The notes under the pieces were generated by a model. That model was given only the letters and a program-made list of their open reading frames with translations. It searched no databases and was not told the origin of the DNA. Of a DNA stretch of 64,000 bases, positions 1 to 13,285 are shown in pieces; positions within the stretch are counted from its first letter, which is position 1; each line of letters starts with the position of its first letter. Source of the DNA: Octopus sinensis (lineage: Eukaryota); the NCBI RefSeq assembly GCF_006345805.1, contig NC_043003.1, positions 52,948,001 to 53,012,000 of the forward strand, read 5' to 3'. A program made the translations under genes and the position numbers.

Positions 1-719
1 TTTTTCTTTTTCTTTTTTTCTTTTGTTCTTTGTCTGGTAGGCTACTCTGTCGAATCGGTCGACGATAAAGGAAATAAATAATTCATACAAAACACATTCA
101 TACATAAAAGAAACACATTTATTTACGAGATCGCCAAGTAATACGTACGACTCGTTTGTTGTCAGTAATCGAAAGCAAAAGTAAAAAAAAAAAAAAAAGC
201 AGCAAACCCAAAACAAGAATAATAATATATAAATAAATAAAATTGAGACTTTCTTCTTCTTCTTTCGCAGCAAGACTTCAAAAGATGATCGATCAACATG
301 ATCAATATTTAAAAATGTTTTGTATAAAATGTCAAAACTAGAATGCTAAACAAACAAGGGGAAATAATTAGAAAGGTTTAAAAAAATTCTCAGCACTCTT
401 CTATTTTTCCTTCTCTCCTCCGTTACAACTTGCTTTCTTCTTTCTTTCCCCTTCTTGTCTTTATAATTTTTCTTTCAAAGCAGTAAACTTATTTTTTATA
501 TTTTACGACAACGACCACGATGACGAATTCGATCGAATATGACGATAAAACATGCATTGTATCCGCTCTCCTCACAAAATGTTCTTAATATTATCATTAA
601 ACTAACATGCATCGGGTTTGAGTTTTTATTAATTGTTATTCTTCTTTTATTACGATCGTCAAACAGAAATGTAATCAATGCAAATCGTCATCAATACAGT
701 TTTGTTATTTATATTTTTT

Positions 720-995
720 GTCGATTGTTAATGATGTTATTGTTGATGTTGTTTTTTTATTTTGCTGTTGTTATCGTTCGTCTTGCCGCCGTTGTTATTG
801 TTGTTGTTGTCGTGGTTGTTGTAGCCGCTACTGTTATTATTGTTGTTGCTCCTGTATTTTGTTTGTTGCCGGTAATGTCTGGCGTTGTTGATTGTTATTA
901 CTGCTACTGTGTCAATACATTCTGTCGTTGTTGTTGTTGTTGTTGCCGTTGTTATTGTTGTTGTCGTCGTCGTTGTTGTTGCTGTTGTTGTGGGT
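720..995. repeat. Degenerate (GTT)n low-complexity region
   Basis: Read directly. It explains the spurious ORF at 539-1045. Confidence 0.9.
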
Positions 996-3900
996 TAAAT
1001 TACTTTCGATCGAAATGCATGGAAACTGGAGCCCATGAATGGTAAAGTATGAAAAACATATATATATATATATATATAATAATATATATATATACATAAA
1101 AAAAACAGGGCTTTGAATAAATGAACAGTCATGAATAAAAAGTAGAAAGAAGAGAAAGAAAATACGAGCGAACACACCACACGCATTCACACTCACACTA
1201 ATATATGTGTGCATGTGTGTGAACAGAGAGAAAGAGAAAGATAAGGAGAGGGAGCGAGAGAGTTACAGAAAAAAAATGTTATATGAAAGGGAACAAAACA
1301 GAGATAACTATGAATTTTGATAAGTCACCGTTATGAGAGTTCAGGGCCTTTATTTATGATTAAGGTAATTGTCATAAAGAGCCACGGTCGAGACACACGG
1401 CCAGTTGTCCAATGACACAACAGGCCGTGTAGTAAACAAGCTGAAAGTGTGGGGGAAAGGGGGCTAAGATTTTAAGGCGGTGCTAGTGAGGAAGAGATTG
1501 AAAAAAAGAAACGAGAAGAAATTAAGGAAAAAAAAAAGCTGTACGTGTGTCGATGAGAGTGAAAATGAGTTGATAAAAATATAAAACAAAGTAACAATGC
1601 GTGGGGGAAGAAAAAAGATAAATAAAACATTGTATAAAATAAAATTAAATAGAACAACAATAAAAGGCTCGGAGAAACGATTGAATCAAAAGTACCCCAA
1701 CACAAACTTCAGCTCTGTTTGCTGATTGGCTGATTCGTCAGGCAATATAGGAGTGGCTTATTTCATTTTTTTTTCCTTCTTCCCGTCACATGGCGGTAGG
1801 AAGTAGTTTTTGTTCTGTTTTAATTGTAAAGATGTTGTTATTATTGCTTCCTTGTATAAGTTGCACACGTATACACACACAAATAACAACATAAATGCAC
1901 ACGGGATGTTCTCCGTACTTATGTATATACACACAATCAGCTGTAATATATTTGCCTGCCAGTGATTCTTTTACATAAATAACACATCGAAGTTTTAATT
2001 ATGGGAACTAGATACGAAACCCCACCCCTTCTGTCGCTTTATAACAGAATCTCGTAGCTGGATCCCGAACTCGTCAACTCGTTCACACCCACTCGTGTTT
2101 ACGTTTTTTTTTCGCCTCTTTTATTTTTCTTTTCTTTTCTTTATTATTATTTTTGTTTTATCCTTTCTTTGATATCACTTAAGTACTTATACTTTTCGCT
2201 TAGCACAAACACATTCACACACACACTCACATATACATATACAACATATGCATATAAACATACTGCATATTCACACGTTGAAACACTCGTTCGTGAAAGA
2301 CACACACATACATATATATATATATAAACAGGCATACAAATGAAATAATCGGTGCCACGCATACACATACATACACACCTCCTTTACAAACTGATCTCCA
2401 CTCTAATATACGCATGATCGTCACACAAGCATACACTTGATCCACTTGATCTCAATACAAACATACACATGATAGAGCAGTTGGTAGGGGATGAAGGTGG
2501 GTAAAATTGTAGGTGGGTGGGTGACGAAGCTAATAAGAGAAATCGTACTAATTACGGGCATATAATATAATATATACTCAGGGTTCTTTCCATCGTCTTT
2601 CTTTCTTTATTTATTTTCAGTTGATTGATAGTATAAAGCTAACTTTCAACGTGTGACAACTATAGCAACAACAACAATGCCATATACCCCGCTTTCACCT
2701 TCTCCTTTGCACCCAGCCACACCCAACTCAAAACTTTTTTTTTCCCCGTTTCTCATTTTCTCTTCACTTCAACCTTATTTTTTTTATATTTCATTTTTTG
2801 TTAATAGTTAAAAAAAAAAAAACTGAATTGTACTGCCAAATAATTGAAAAGGGTAGTCTTTGTTACCGGTGTGTAGGTGTAGGATGCGCGCACGCGTGTT
2901 TGTATGTGTATGTATGCATATATATATGTATGTATGTATGTGTGTGTGTGTGTAACACACTGTCGCAACTTAGGCGTTTATGAGGCTGTATATAACAAAA
3001 TATGTATATGTGCGTTTTTATCTATACACATATATATGTATGAGATTGTTTATTTATATTTATGTGTTTTCATATATATGTGTTCGTTTTCGAACGACCT
3101 TACATATTTTATCTAATTATTCGTTTATTCTTACTTTATTTCTTAGTTTGCGTTTTATTTATTACATATCTTTTATTTTTTGTTTTTGCTTCCACGCTCT
3201 TTCTCTCTTTTTCACCATTTCGCTTTCAGAAGCAAACAAAAAACTTTCCTGCAATGAAAAGAAATAACTTTTAATTTATTATATGCCGCTGTCACATAGA
3301 AATACGACAGATTGCTTGATGTGTTAGAGAAAATCGTTATTGAATAGGTCAATTTTCGGAAGAAAGAACCCATTCTTATGTTTTCATTTAATAATTTATT
3401 TTAAAGAAGCAGATTCGGTTTGAATGTATTTAAAACTATTTCTTTGTCCATTGTATATTTGGTGCAATGTACTAATTAATTAGTTACAATTATAAACATA
3501 CTTAAAACACAGTGGAAATTTTAAATATCAGTTTACAAATTTGATTAATTTTTCTTAAATTTGAGTTGTTTTAGAGTTCCTCATTACAGTGTCAGTTTAA
3601 TTAAACAATTACCAGACAAATGTACTCGATTTATAGAGTGTTATAGAGAAGAGGAAATGACCGATTTAAAATTATTTAAAATAAAATTTTAATGATGCGA
3701 TGACTGAGCTTAACATCTTCAGATACACTAAAACAAATGTTACAGTTCGGTGACTCATAGGAAGAGAGGAAGTTTCAGTGCATTGGAGCGGTACTTGTAG
3801 TCACTCAATAAAATGTCCATTAGAACTGGTAACCCCGAGCAAAGGTTACAGCGAACAAGCTTGAGAAAAAGGGTCTCAGTCACTGCTTCGTTGCATAATT

Positions 3901-4263
3901 TCCAAAAGTCTAAGGTCACATTCGACGAGAGACCTGTGCCACGATAGTTAATAAACTGTACGTACTTACGTATATATGTATGTATGTATAAGAGAGCAAA
4001 GTGTACGTACGCCGCTATATATATATATATATATATACATAATACAAAATGGGACAAGAACGCAAAACATCCGGACAGCTAGGTGATACAAAAAGGAACA
4101 ACAAAACATCCAGATAGACAATGCAAAACACACAAGGACGGGTCATTCGAAGCCCTCTATCCTCAGTCAAGCACCATATTATCGTCGCAATTTCGGCTAT
4201 GTATGTATGTATGTTTGTATGTGTGTATGTATGTATGTATGTATGTATGTATGTATGTATGTA

Positions 4264-4294
<31 letters not shown>

Positions 4295-4317
4295 GTATGT
4301 GTGTGTGTGTGTGAAGG

Positions 4318-4620
4318 CGGGAAGCTTATGGTTAGGCTCATATTTGGCTCATGGTCGTAAGGTCGTGAGTTCGATTCCCGGCGGCATGTTGTGCCATTGA
4401 GCAAGACACTTTATTTCACGTTGCGCCAGTCCACTCATGTGGCAAAAATGCGTTGTACCTGTAATTCAAAGGGCCAGTTTTGTCACGCTGAATCTCCGAG
4501 AACTACGTTAAGAAAGGTACGCGTGTCCGAGGAGAGCTCAGCTACATGCACAATAATTTCACGAGCATCCTGTTCCATTGATCGGATCAGCTAGAACGCT
4601 CATCATTGTAACAGACCGAG
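4318..4620 (+). mobile_element. SINE family 3, alternative 3' half
   Basis: Same core as 48899. The 3' half (..GCTGAATCTCCGAGAACTACG..TTGATCGGATCAGCT..) matches 19080-19250 and 22045-22200. Confidence 0.82.
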
Positions 4621-4623
4621 TGC

Positions 4624-4665
<42 letters not shown>

Positions 4666-4675
4666 ATATATGTAT

Positions 4676-4829
4676 GGGTGCGTGATAAGTAGTTTACTTA
4701 CCAACCACATGGTTCCGGGTTCCTTTCCACTGCGTGACACCTTGGGCAAGTGTCTTCTTCTATAGTCTCAGGCCAACCAAAGCCTTGTGAGTGGATTTGG
4801 TAGACGCAAACTGAAAGAAGCCCGTCGTA

Positions 4830-4876
<47 letters not shown>

Positions 4877-5071
4877 GTTTGTGTTTGTCCCCCCAACATC
4901 GCTTGACAACCAATGGTGGTGTGTTTACGTCCCCGTAACTTACCTGTTCGGCAAAATACCCCAATAGAATAAGTACTAGGCTTACAAAAAATAAGTCCTG
5001 GGGTCGATTTGCTCGATTAAAGGCGGTGCTCCAGCATGGCCACAGTCAAATGACTGAAACAAGTAAAAGAG

Positions 5072-5072
<1 letters not shown>
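4676..5072 (+). mobile_element. tRNA-derived SINE family 2 (CORE-like CCTTGGGCAAGTGTCTT) with internal microsatellite
   Basis: A/B-box-like head, GAAAGAAGCCCGTCG followed by (TA)n(TG)n, and tail GGCGGTGCTCCAGCATGGCC.CAGTCAAATGACTGAAACAAGTAAAAGAGTA. More than ten further copies or fragments lie in the window. Confidence 0.88.
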
Positions 5073-5102
<30 letters not shown>

Positions 5103-5587
5103 GTAGGATTTTGTTAGCAACCATCTTTCATGCCATCATTGTAAACAGCACGTTTCAAACTTGTAGAATTAAAACTTAGAATATAAGAAGAGGCAAAAAT
5201 AGGGAAATAAAATGTGAATGTCTTTCTTGAAGGTCTTATTGAAATAAAGTTAAATGAAATTGTTCCGACCGAGAATCGAAACTAAGTCATAGATTCATTG
5301 AGCTAAGTGTTTGCCTGTTTCCGGTCAAGAAATCATGCCATAATTACATAAAATAAAATAAATATAAAACTGCTTAGGAAATTGGTTTAGTAGATTAGAA
5401 ACGATCTTTCAACAAATAATGAACAATTTGTTCAATCGTTACCAAAGCAGACTATTAATATGTTGGTCTGAAAAGCTTATTTCCATATCGGACGGTCCAG
5501 CATGGTTTAAGTAACTCTCAATCATAAATAGTTGCGTATTTCAACCTTTTCCAAACTAATATTGCCTTGTTATTGCTCGCTACGTAT

Positions 5588-5760
5588 AAAGGCTGCGCGC
5601 TGGAAGAATTGTTAGCACGTCGGGCAAGATTCTCAGCAACATTTCATCTGTCCTTACGTTCTGAATGCCGGGGTCGACTTCGCTTTTCATCCTTTCGGGA
5701 TGTAATCGGCTAGTCCCCTTCCACAAAATTTCAGGCTTGTGTATATAGTAGAAAAGAATT
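5588..5760 (+). mobile_element. Old SINE family 1 copy, tail B
   Basis: Degenerate head and core, ending ..AAAATTTCAGGCTTGTG..AGTAGAAAAGAAT. Confidence 0.7.
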
Positions 5761-6451
5761 GCTCACTAGGTATCGATAAATTAAATGGTATTTCTAAAAG
5801 CTCTAAATATTTCTGTCGTTCTTCGGTATCTACACAAACTCTTTTGTAGTTGTTCCTTGGTGTCTTTTACCTGGATTTTTTATGGTTCCTATACCAAACT
5901 GTTACAGATGAAAACAAACTGGGTAGCAAAAGAGTAAACAGCAACCAAAAAAAAAAAATACAAAACATCGCAACAAAAATAACATCTATACACTGAGGAC
6001 AACAAGAACAGCAATATGAAATACATATGAGATAGCAACGAAAACAAACACCAACACACTTGAGATAGCAACAAATATAATATCAATAAACGAGAAATAG
6101 CAACAATTTAAATACAGAATAGATAACAACAAATATTCTATTGATAACAAAGGGTACTTCAATTTCAGCGCTTGCTCAGCGAGAATTAATGGCCATGTCT
6201 ACCTAAAACTACATCTGTCTCTAGTAAGAAAAGGACAATTAGATAACTTAGTAGTTGATTTTCTTAAAAGATGGGATGATCCCGGTTCGATTTCCTTTTG
6301 ATCATAAGTCTGCTCCACTAGAGTAGAACTGGAGCTAAACAATAAATATAAAAGTTTACAAATTATAAGGGAGAAAGCTTGTTAAGTATCTCAAACTCGA
6401 GTGTACATATTTTACAGGTACAAGGCATTGTTGTGTGTTTATGAAGTTTTC

Positions 6452-6728
6452 TTATTTCTTTCCGGCTCACAAGGGGCTACACATAGAGAGAGCAAACAAG
6501 GACAGACAAAGGGATTAAGTCGATTACATCGACACCAGTGCGCAACTGGTACTTATTTAATCGACCCCGAAAGGATGAAAGGCAAAGTTGATCTCGGCAG
6601 AATTTGAACTCAGAACATAAAGACAGACGAAATACCTATTTCTTTACTACCCACAAGGGGCTAAACACAGAGAGAACAAACAAGGACAGACAAACGGATT
6701 AAGTCGATTATACCGACCCCAGTGTATA
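6452..6728 (-). mobile_element. SINE family 1 dimer
   Basis: Two body and tail units joined at GAAATAC|CTATTTC (6635/6636). Confidence 0.85.
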
Positions 6729-6959
6729 ACTGTGTGATTAAGAAGGTTTCTGCGACCACGTAGCTTCAAATTCAGTTCCGCTGCGCAACAGCTTAGCATG
6801 GGTTTTCTTGTCTAACCTCGAGTCGAGCAGTATCTTATGAGTGAAATTACAAATTACACGTCTCCCTCCTTCTCTCTCTCTCTCTCTCTTTCTATATATA
6901 TAATTATATATATATATATATAGATATATATACATATATATATGTGTGTGTGTGTGTGT

Positions 6960-6996
<37 letters not shown>

Positions 6997-7009
6997 CGTG
7001 TAGTGGATG

Positions 7010-9540
7010 CTGATAGCAGATGAACCGTGTGACCAGTGACATTCGAACGCTAAAAGTGAAAGGCAGACGATCCAGTCTGATAAGACGTGAACAGAGACAG
7101 ACCGAAGAAATGTAGGCATTCACCACCTCTGCCCAACTCTTCAAGCGTATCTTCCTCTCGACCTATTTCTCGGTGAAAGTGGCCAGCCGGATGATCAGGA
7201 CAAAACCAGAATTTGAGCAATTTAACAGGCCCATCAGTCCGGTGCCACACAACATTTTTGGATGCAGAGACCTGTCTCTTCAGGTGCCTAGCTGCAAGCC
7301 CATCGACTTTTCTGCTTAATTTTGGCTTCTATCATCACCTTTAACTCCATTAGAGTGGTACTGATTGTCTTGGTGTACTCGGTGTATGACTCTATGATGG
7401 TGTCGTCGTCCATACATGTCGATACAAATCTTCCGCATCTTAGTTCACGCGGGATACTTCCCAGAGTCTCTTATTTCCATATGAGTGTCTCAAGAAATGA
7501 CATCCAGAAGCTACTAGAAAGGACATACTGAACTGTTCCGATGGCAGGACATTTCATTTGATCATCGAGTAGATATCGCTGTATTTGCAGCGATAAAATG
7601 TCGGATGACTGAACTGAAACCGGTAGATTGAGAGGACAGCTACCACTTATTGTCGCTCAACCCTGTCAAGGACTTTCGACTGATCTAAGTTGATTAGAAC
7701 CGTACCCAAACTAGGTCCCTTATAAACCCTTTCTATGATGTATTGCATTAAGTAGAAGCTGTCAGAGACAGATATATTAAGGATGGCGCATACCTGCACA
7801 TCATCGAATTGACTACCAACAAGGGACAATTTCTTAGTTAATACCTTAACCAAAATCGTGAACATTGCTTTAGTAACATTAAAAGCTGAAAATTATCAAT
7901 GTGTCCCAAGACATCTATCAACAGAACGCCGAAGAAGTCTGGAATATAAGCTTAAAGGTAATAAGGCAAACCATCCAAACTGACGATTTGCTTCTTGAAT
8001 TTCAGTGATTGTTATTGGTGTTCTGTAACACTCCACATCCTAAGCTGAGAGTAGCAGTATGTTATTAAAGTAAGCATCGAGCTTCTTCCTGCGATTCATT
8101 CCGTTACTGGTCCCGGTCAGCCAAACGAAGCGCCACTGAAAGTCGCACACATCTACTTAAAGTAAATTTACTGCGGGCCATTCAAAGACCATGTCGTGCC
8201 TTGGTTGCTCCACTAACCAGGCACGTCAAACAGTTTTCGCTCCTTTGTGGAGGCGCCATAACTCTAATAAAACAGCCTAAGTGCTTCACGTTGAAGAAAT
8301 ATTCAAAGGTCAATTTTTCTGGAAGCACATCGATTACGATGAGATCTAACTAGGTCTCCCTCAAGTTTACCTTCCTCTATCACTTCTTTCTTACTAAACC
8401 AATTGATTCTATTCTAATCGATTTTTTAAGGGCTGTCCATCATTTGTTGACAATTGCCATTATCAATATCCGCTTAACTAATTCTCTAATCCAGTCTCTG
8501 TAAGCATGGTGTACCAGGAACGACGGGTTGACTCCCTGTTACTGAGCCCTTTTCCATCAAACCTATAAAGCACGACCGTACAGATTACAAAATCGTGGCC
8601 AGTGTGGCTGATCGCTTTGAATTGGGGATAACTTACGCTTTCCCAATCTATTGGCCTGCAGAATACTGTATCTAGATACGATTTGGATTTGGTTTGTCAT
8701 TGGTACATTGTCAATGGAAAATCCAATCACTACCTGTCAGACAGTTGGATAGGTTTAAGCAGGTTTGAGAGACGTTTATACCCACAGTTCAAACGTACAT
8801 CAAAAATGGTATTCTAATACTCAACTGGCACTAAAGAGTGGCACGCTTCTAGCAAGACCTTCAAATGCCTATAGAAAACTATTGGAACGTAGGTGACTAT
8901 TCGTCTAAAGGTATTGCCTTCGCTGCTAGAAGGCGGCGAGCAGGCAGAAACGTTAGCACGCCGGGCGAAATGCTTAGCGGTATTTCTTCTGTCGCTACGT
9001 TCTGAGTTCAAATTCCGCCGAGGTCGACTTTGCCTTTCATCCTTCCGAGGTCGATGTAATCGACTTAATCCGTCTGTCTGTCCTTGTTTGTCCCCTCTGT
9101 GTTTAGCCCCTTGTGGGTAGTAAAGAAATAGGTATTGCCTTCGCTGCTGGTCACGTCCAGTACTACTAGCTTACTTTCTGAGTTCATTCACGCAGTCTGT
9201 ATCGTGAGATCCAAGCCTTCCAAAACAGCACAAGGATTTCGCTCCCGATCTCGACCAACTCGAAGATAGGTACACCTTGTATCCGCCAAAGGTGGGTGTG
9301 TAGCTAAATCTCCGAAAAATTTGGTCTCACTGATAGTCACTATATCTATATCTAGGCCGTTAAACCTATATCCAAGGTTGTTAAACATGTGATCATGTTT
9401 TCCAGACGATTCCAGGCTACATGAATTCAAATTTTTATTCCGAGTGATACCACTTTGGATAATAAAGGACAGACGCTCCGCCCTTTCTTCTAATCTTGGA
9501 AATTTCGCTTTAATTGAAAAAAAAGTTTTTCTTTTTTTCA
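7010..9540 (-). mobile_element. Decayed L1/Tx1-like LINE (AP endonuclease + RT remnants)
   Basis: LNSCSL..LDIDIVTISETK (AP endonuclease start), ILVKVLTKKL, LINLDQSKVLDRV and LKSWAEVVNAYISSV (L1/Tx1-type RT motifs). Many stops and frameshifts, interrupted by a SINE at 8928-9129. Confidence 0.65.
8928..9129 (+). mobile_element. tRNA-derived SINE family 1, tail type A, with target-site duplication
   Basis: Head AAGGCGGCGAGC.GGCAGAAACGTTAGC, core GAGTTCAAATTCCGCCGAGGTCGACTTTGCCTTTCATCC and tail ..GGGTAGTAAAGAAAT. Direct repeat AGGTATTGCCTTCGCTGCT at 8909-8927 and 9130-9148. Confidence 0.9.
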
Positions 9541-10439
9541 AAGGGTGAGTAACAAGAGGTGAATGATCAGTCCCTTTCAGTCCCGGTTAGTTTAAAAAGT
9601 TAAACCAATAAAATTAACAAATACGACTCTCTTGTAAAAATAAAAAAAAAAAACAAAAATAAATACGAAAGACAGGTACAAGTTTACGGTGTTCCTAAAA
9701 CATTTTTGGTCGCGGCAATGAGCAGCAACAACAACAGCAACTACAACAACATCAACAACAGCAAAATAATAATAGCTTCACATTTTGGCACATGGTTTCA
9801 CATTTGGGCGCATTTTGAGAGGAGGGCGTTAGTCGGTTGCACCAACCCCAATACTTGACAGGTATGTTATTTCATTGACTCAGGAGCGATGAAAGGTAAA
9901 GTCTTTTGAACTCAGAATGTTAAAAGCAAGAACAAATATTGTGAGGATTTACTCTGACGCTTGCTATATCTGCCGGCTTTTGAATATTGTGAAAATCGAA
10001 AAGTACCAAAACCTAACATTGGAAGTGAAATGTATCCATAATGCCTCAAAATCGGGAACGGTGCATTTAGGACATCTCAAAGAAAGCAATGTTCCGGCAC
10101 GAAAACCTGAAAATCCCAAACTTCATAGAAAGGACACAGTTGGCAGCAATATTCGAAACAGCACATGTATTGAGGAAACTGCTGAGTCTCTAAGCTGTAA
10201 GAAGGAGTTGAAATGTAACACTCACTCACTCACTCACTCACTAATAATAGCAGGCACGTTCGGATCCCCACCTCCAAAAAAACAAAAAAACTGTAGTAAT
10301 TTGACTGGTTTTGAAACTTCGCTAAGCTACCGCATTCATATATGAGCTCATATTCTGACCTAAGTGCGTAGAAGCATTTTATCCACGATAAAGGCACCGG
10401 GTTCCTACTGCCTACCATCCATTGATGCCAGAATCTGTC

Positions 10440-11720
10440 AATCATAGGTGGAGAAGGGTGACACACCTATAAATTGTCAACGTGAGGTGGGCTTTCCTGG
10501 AAACTACTTTTGTAGATACATTGAGTGACATCTCCATGTTGACCTTTCAAAGGAGATGGACTTCGTTAAATGAGAGGGGCTTCTCTTGACGAGATATGGG
10601 AGCGGTTTCATAGCAGCGAAGGGCGTCTCCTGTTCAGGAAAGCTTTATTCATCTTTTCGGATATTCCTTATTAGTCTTTTACGATTGTTTTAAATTATTT
10701 ATTTGTTTTTCATTTTCTCGAACAAGTCTTTTGATCTCCATGAATCGTTTGGATAGTGCTATTGTGAGGAGGGGATTCTTGCAGTTTCTCTTCCAGCTGT
10801 AGTTTTTGTTGCTGTGGGTAACTCTCTTTTTCTATCTTCTTTCATTCTCATCGCTGGTTGAGGGATATCCCGAGTCTCCTTGTTAACTCATAGAAATAAG
10901 GACAAGGCAATGTTTCCGATGACTCTAAAAATGTGCCTGGTAACGTATGTTGCTGTTATATCGTCTTAGCACTCTTAGATTTGAGGATTTGTGGTTGTTT
11001 TCTTTTTGAGGCTTCCAAATAGAAAGCTTTCTCTGCTGGATACTGTGTCTTAAGCCTTCCTCTTAGCACCTCTACAGATTATAACACTGGGATTGTTTTG
11101 TCGTCTTACTGTTCACTTGTACGTGTATGGTGACCGCACATTGACCACATATCACCGGAGGTTAAGTCGGCACTATCCAACATGAAAGCGACTTATGAGC
11201 CAAAGTTTGACGTCATTATCGATGTCCTTAGTAGCGATCCTTATATTTCTTTTTCCAAAATATCGAGGAGCCACATTACAGATAGATGTGTCCGGTATTA
11301 TTTGGGTTCCTACTTTCGTCTCATTCTATATTTTGGCAAATGTTCCTATGTTCTTCATTGATGTATTTAAGTTAATATTTCCCCTCGTTATTGATAACAT
11401 ATTACCGCATGTGTTCTACTAGAAACACAATCTTGGACATGAAGCTCGGCGGCCAATATTTCCAGATGGTGTGCAATGATCATTGACTTCAGCAAACCGG
11501 TCGAGACTGTGGTAGCTACACAGAATATTCATGTCACACAGGTAAACTCCAGCTCAGCATATCTATCTTTTTCTTTTATTGTTATTGCTGGTGCTGTTAA
11601 GCACTGACTCCTGTTCTTCAAGTACTACGATCAAAGGTACTCCATCCGATAGTGTATCTATCCAATGTGCCCTAACATTTTATTTTAGTGACAGTGAGGA
11701 ACATTGTCACCATTTATCGC
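10440..11720 (-). mobile_element. Possible ORF1 remnant of the same L1/Tx1-like LINE
   Basis: Non-microsatellite, coding-like composition upstream of and co-oriented with the ORF2 remnant. Only fragments such as YFGKRNIRI and TIPVL..EG(H)LRHS are readable. Confidence 0.35.
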
Positions 11721-11820
11721 AGGTCGAAACACAACGTAGGGGCTTTGTTCCTTCATTATTATCGGTTGTGAATAATGTTGGTTTGTGAAAAAGAAAATGT
11801 TTCTTCAGAAATGTTAACAT

Positions 11821-12050
11821 TACTCTTTTACTTGTTTCAGTCATTTGACTGCGGCCATGCTGGAGCACCACCTTTTAGTCGAGCAAATCGACTCCAGGAC
11901 TTATTCTTTGTAAGCCAAGTACTTATTTTATCGGTCTCTTTTGCCGAACCGCTAAGTTATAGGAACGCAAACACACCAACATCGGTTGTCAAGCAATGTT
12001 GGGGCAGGAGACAAACACAGACACATAAACCACACACACACACACACACA

Positions 12051-12133
<83 letters not shown>

Positions 12134-12299
12134 CACATATATACGACGGGCTTCTTTCAGTATCCGTCTACCAAATCCACTCACAAGTCTTAGGTCGGCC
12201 CGAGGCTATAGTGGGAGACACTTGCCCAAGGTGCCACGCAATGGGACTGAACCCGGAACCATGTAGTTGGTAAGCAAGCTACTTACCACACAGCCACTC
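11821..12299 (-). mobile_element. SINE family 2, full length
   Basis: Same head, core and tail as 4676-5072, with an expanded internal (CA)n(TA)n. Confidence 0.9.
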
Positions 12300-13123
12300 T
12301 AGAAGTTATTTTTACCCTTTTATTTACTTTAAAAAAATTGCTTTCTGTTTTTGATAACTAACGACTTCCAGAAAGATTCCTACGGACATCTCCGGATTTC
12401 TGACACCCTCATGCAGTTTCTAATCGTATACCTTGAAGTATTTCGCTGGTCACGAAAATTCTTCAATAAGAAGCTGGGGTTTGTTTCTCATCATCATTAA
12501 ATGTTAGCCTTATTGATCTCATTAGCTGCAGAGTAATGATCGAGGAGACTTATTCATCAAAGGCATTTCAATCGTGACTATCTTTCTTTTTTGTTTTTAA
12601 CAACAAACTCGCTTTAAAACCTCGTGGTTTTGGGTTCAGTTCTATTGCACCGCACCTTGAGCAAGTTTCTTCTACTATAGTTCCAGGTTGACTAATGCCT
12701 TGTGAATGAATTTCGTAGAATTTGCTTGACGAAAACTGTGTGGTAGCCAATTGCATATATGCGTGTGTGTGTGCATTTATCCTCACCACTATTTGACAAC
12801 AGGTGTTTGCTTACGTCCCTATAACTTAGCAGTTTAGAACAAGTAACCGATAAAATAAATACTGTATTTCAAAAATAAATCCTGGGGTCGATTTGTTTGA
12901 CTAAAACATTTCCAGGTAGTGCTACATCATGACCGCAGTCAAATGAATGACACAAGTAAAAGATTAAATACAGACGTGGCTGTGTGGTAAAACGTTTGTT
13001 TCCCAATCCCAAACACATGTTTCCGGGTTCAGTACCACTTAGGCAAGTATCTTCAACTACAGTCACGTGCCGATTAAAGTTTTGTGAGTAGATTTGGTAG
13101 ACGGAAACTAAAAGAAGACCGTC

Positions 13124-13193
<70 letters not shown>

Positions 13194-13285
13194 ATATATA
13201 TATATATCGTTTTCTTAGAAGAAACATAAATTCGGAGAAGAAGCACACTCTAAGGAGTAGAGCAGTATCTTCGGTCTGAAGATAC

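Noticed and set aside
539-1045. 168-aa Val/Cys-rich ORF
   Set aside because: It is a degenerate (GTT)n low-complexity sequence.
2484-2522. G-run cluster as a G-quadruplex
   Set aside because: Loops of 8 and 13 nt make it marginal, and nothing else supports a function.
9917-10345. 142-aa + strand ORF
   Set aside because: It begins inside a SINE remnant, has no domain motif or splice support, and includes a (CACT)n repeat.
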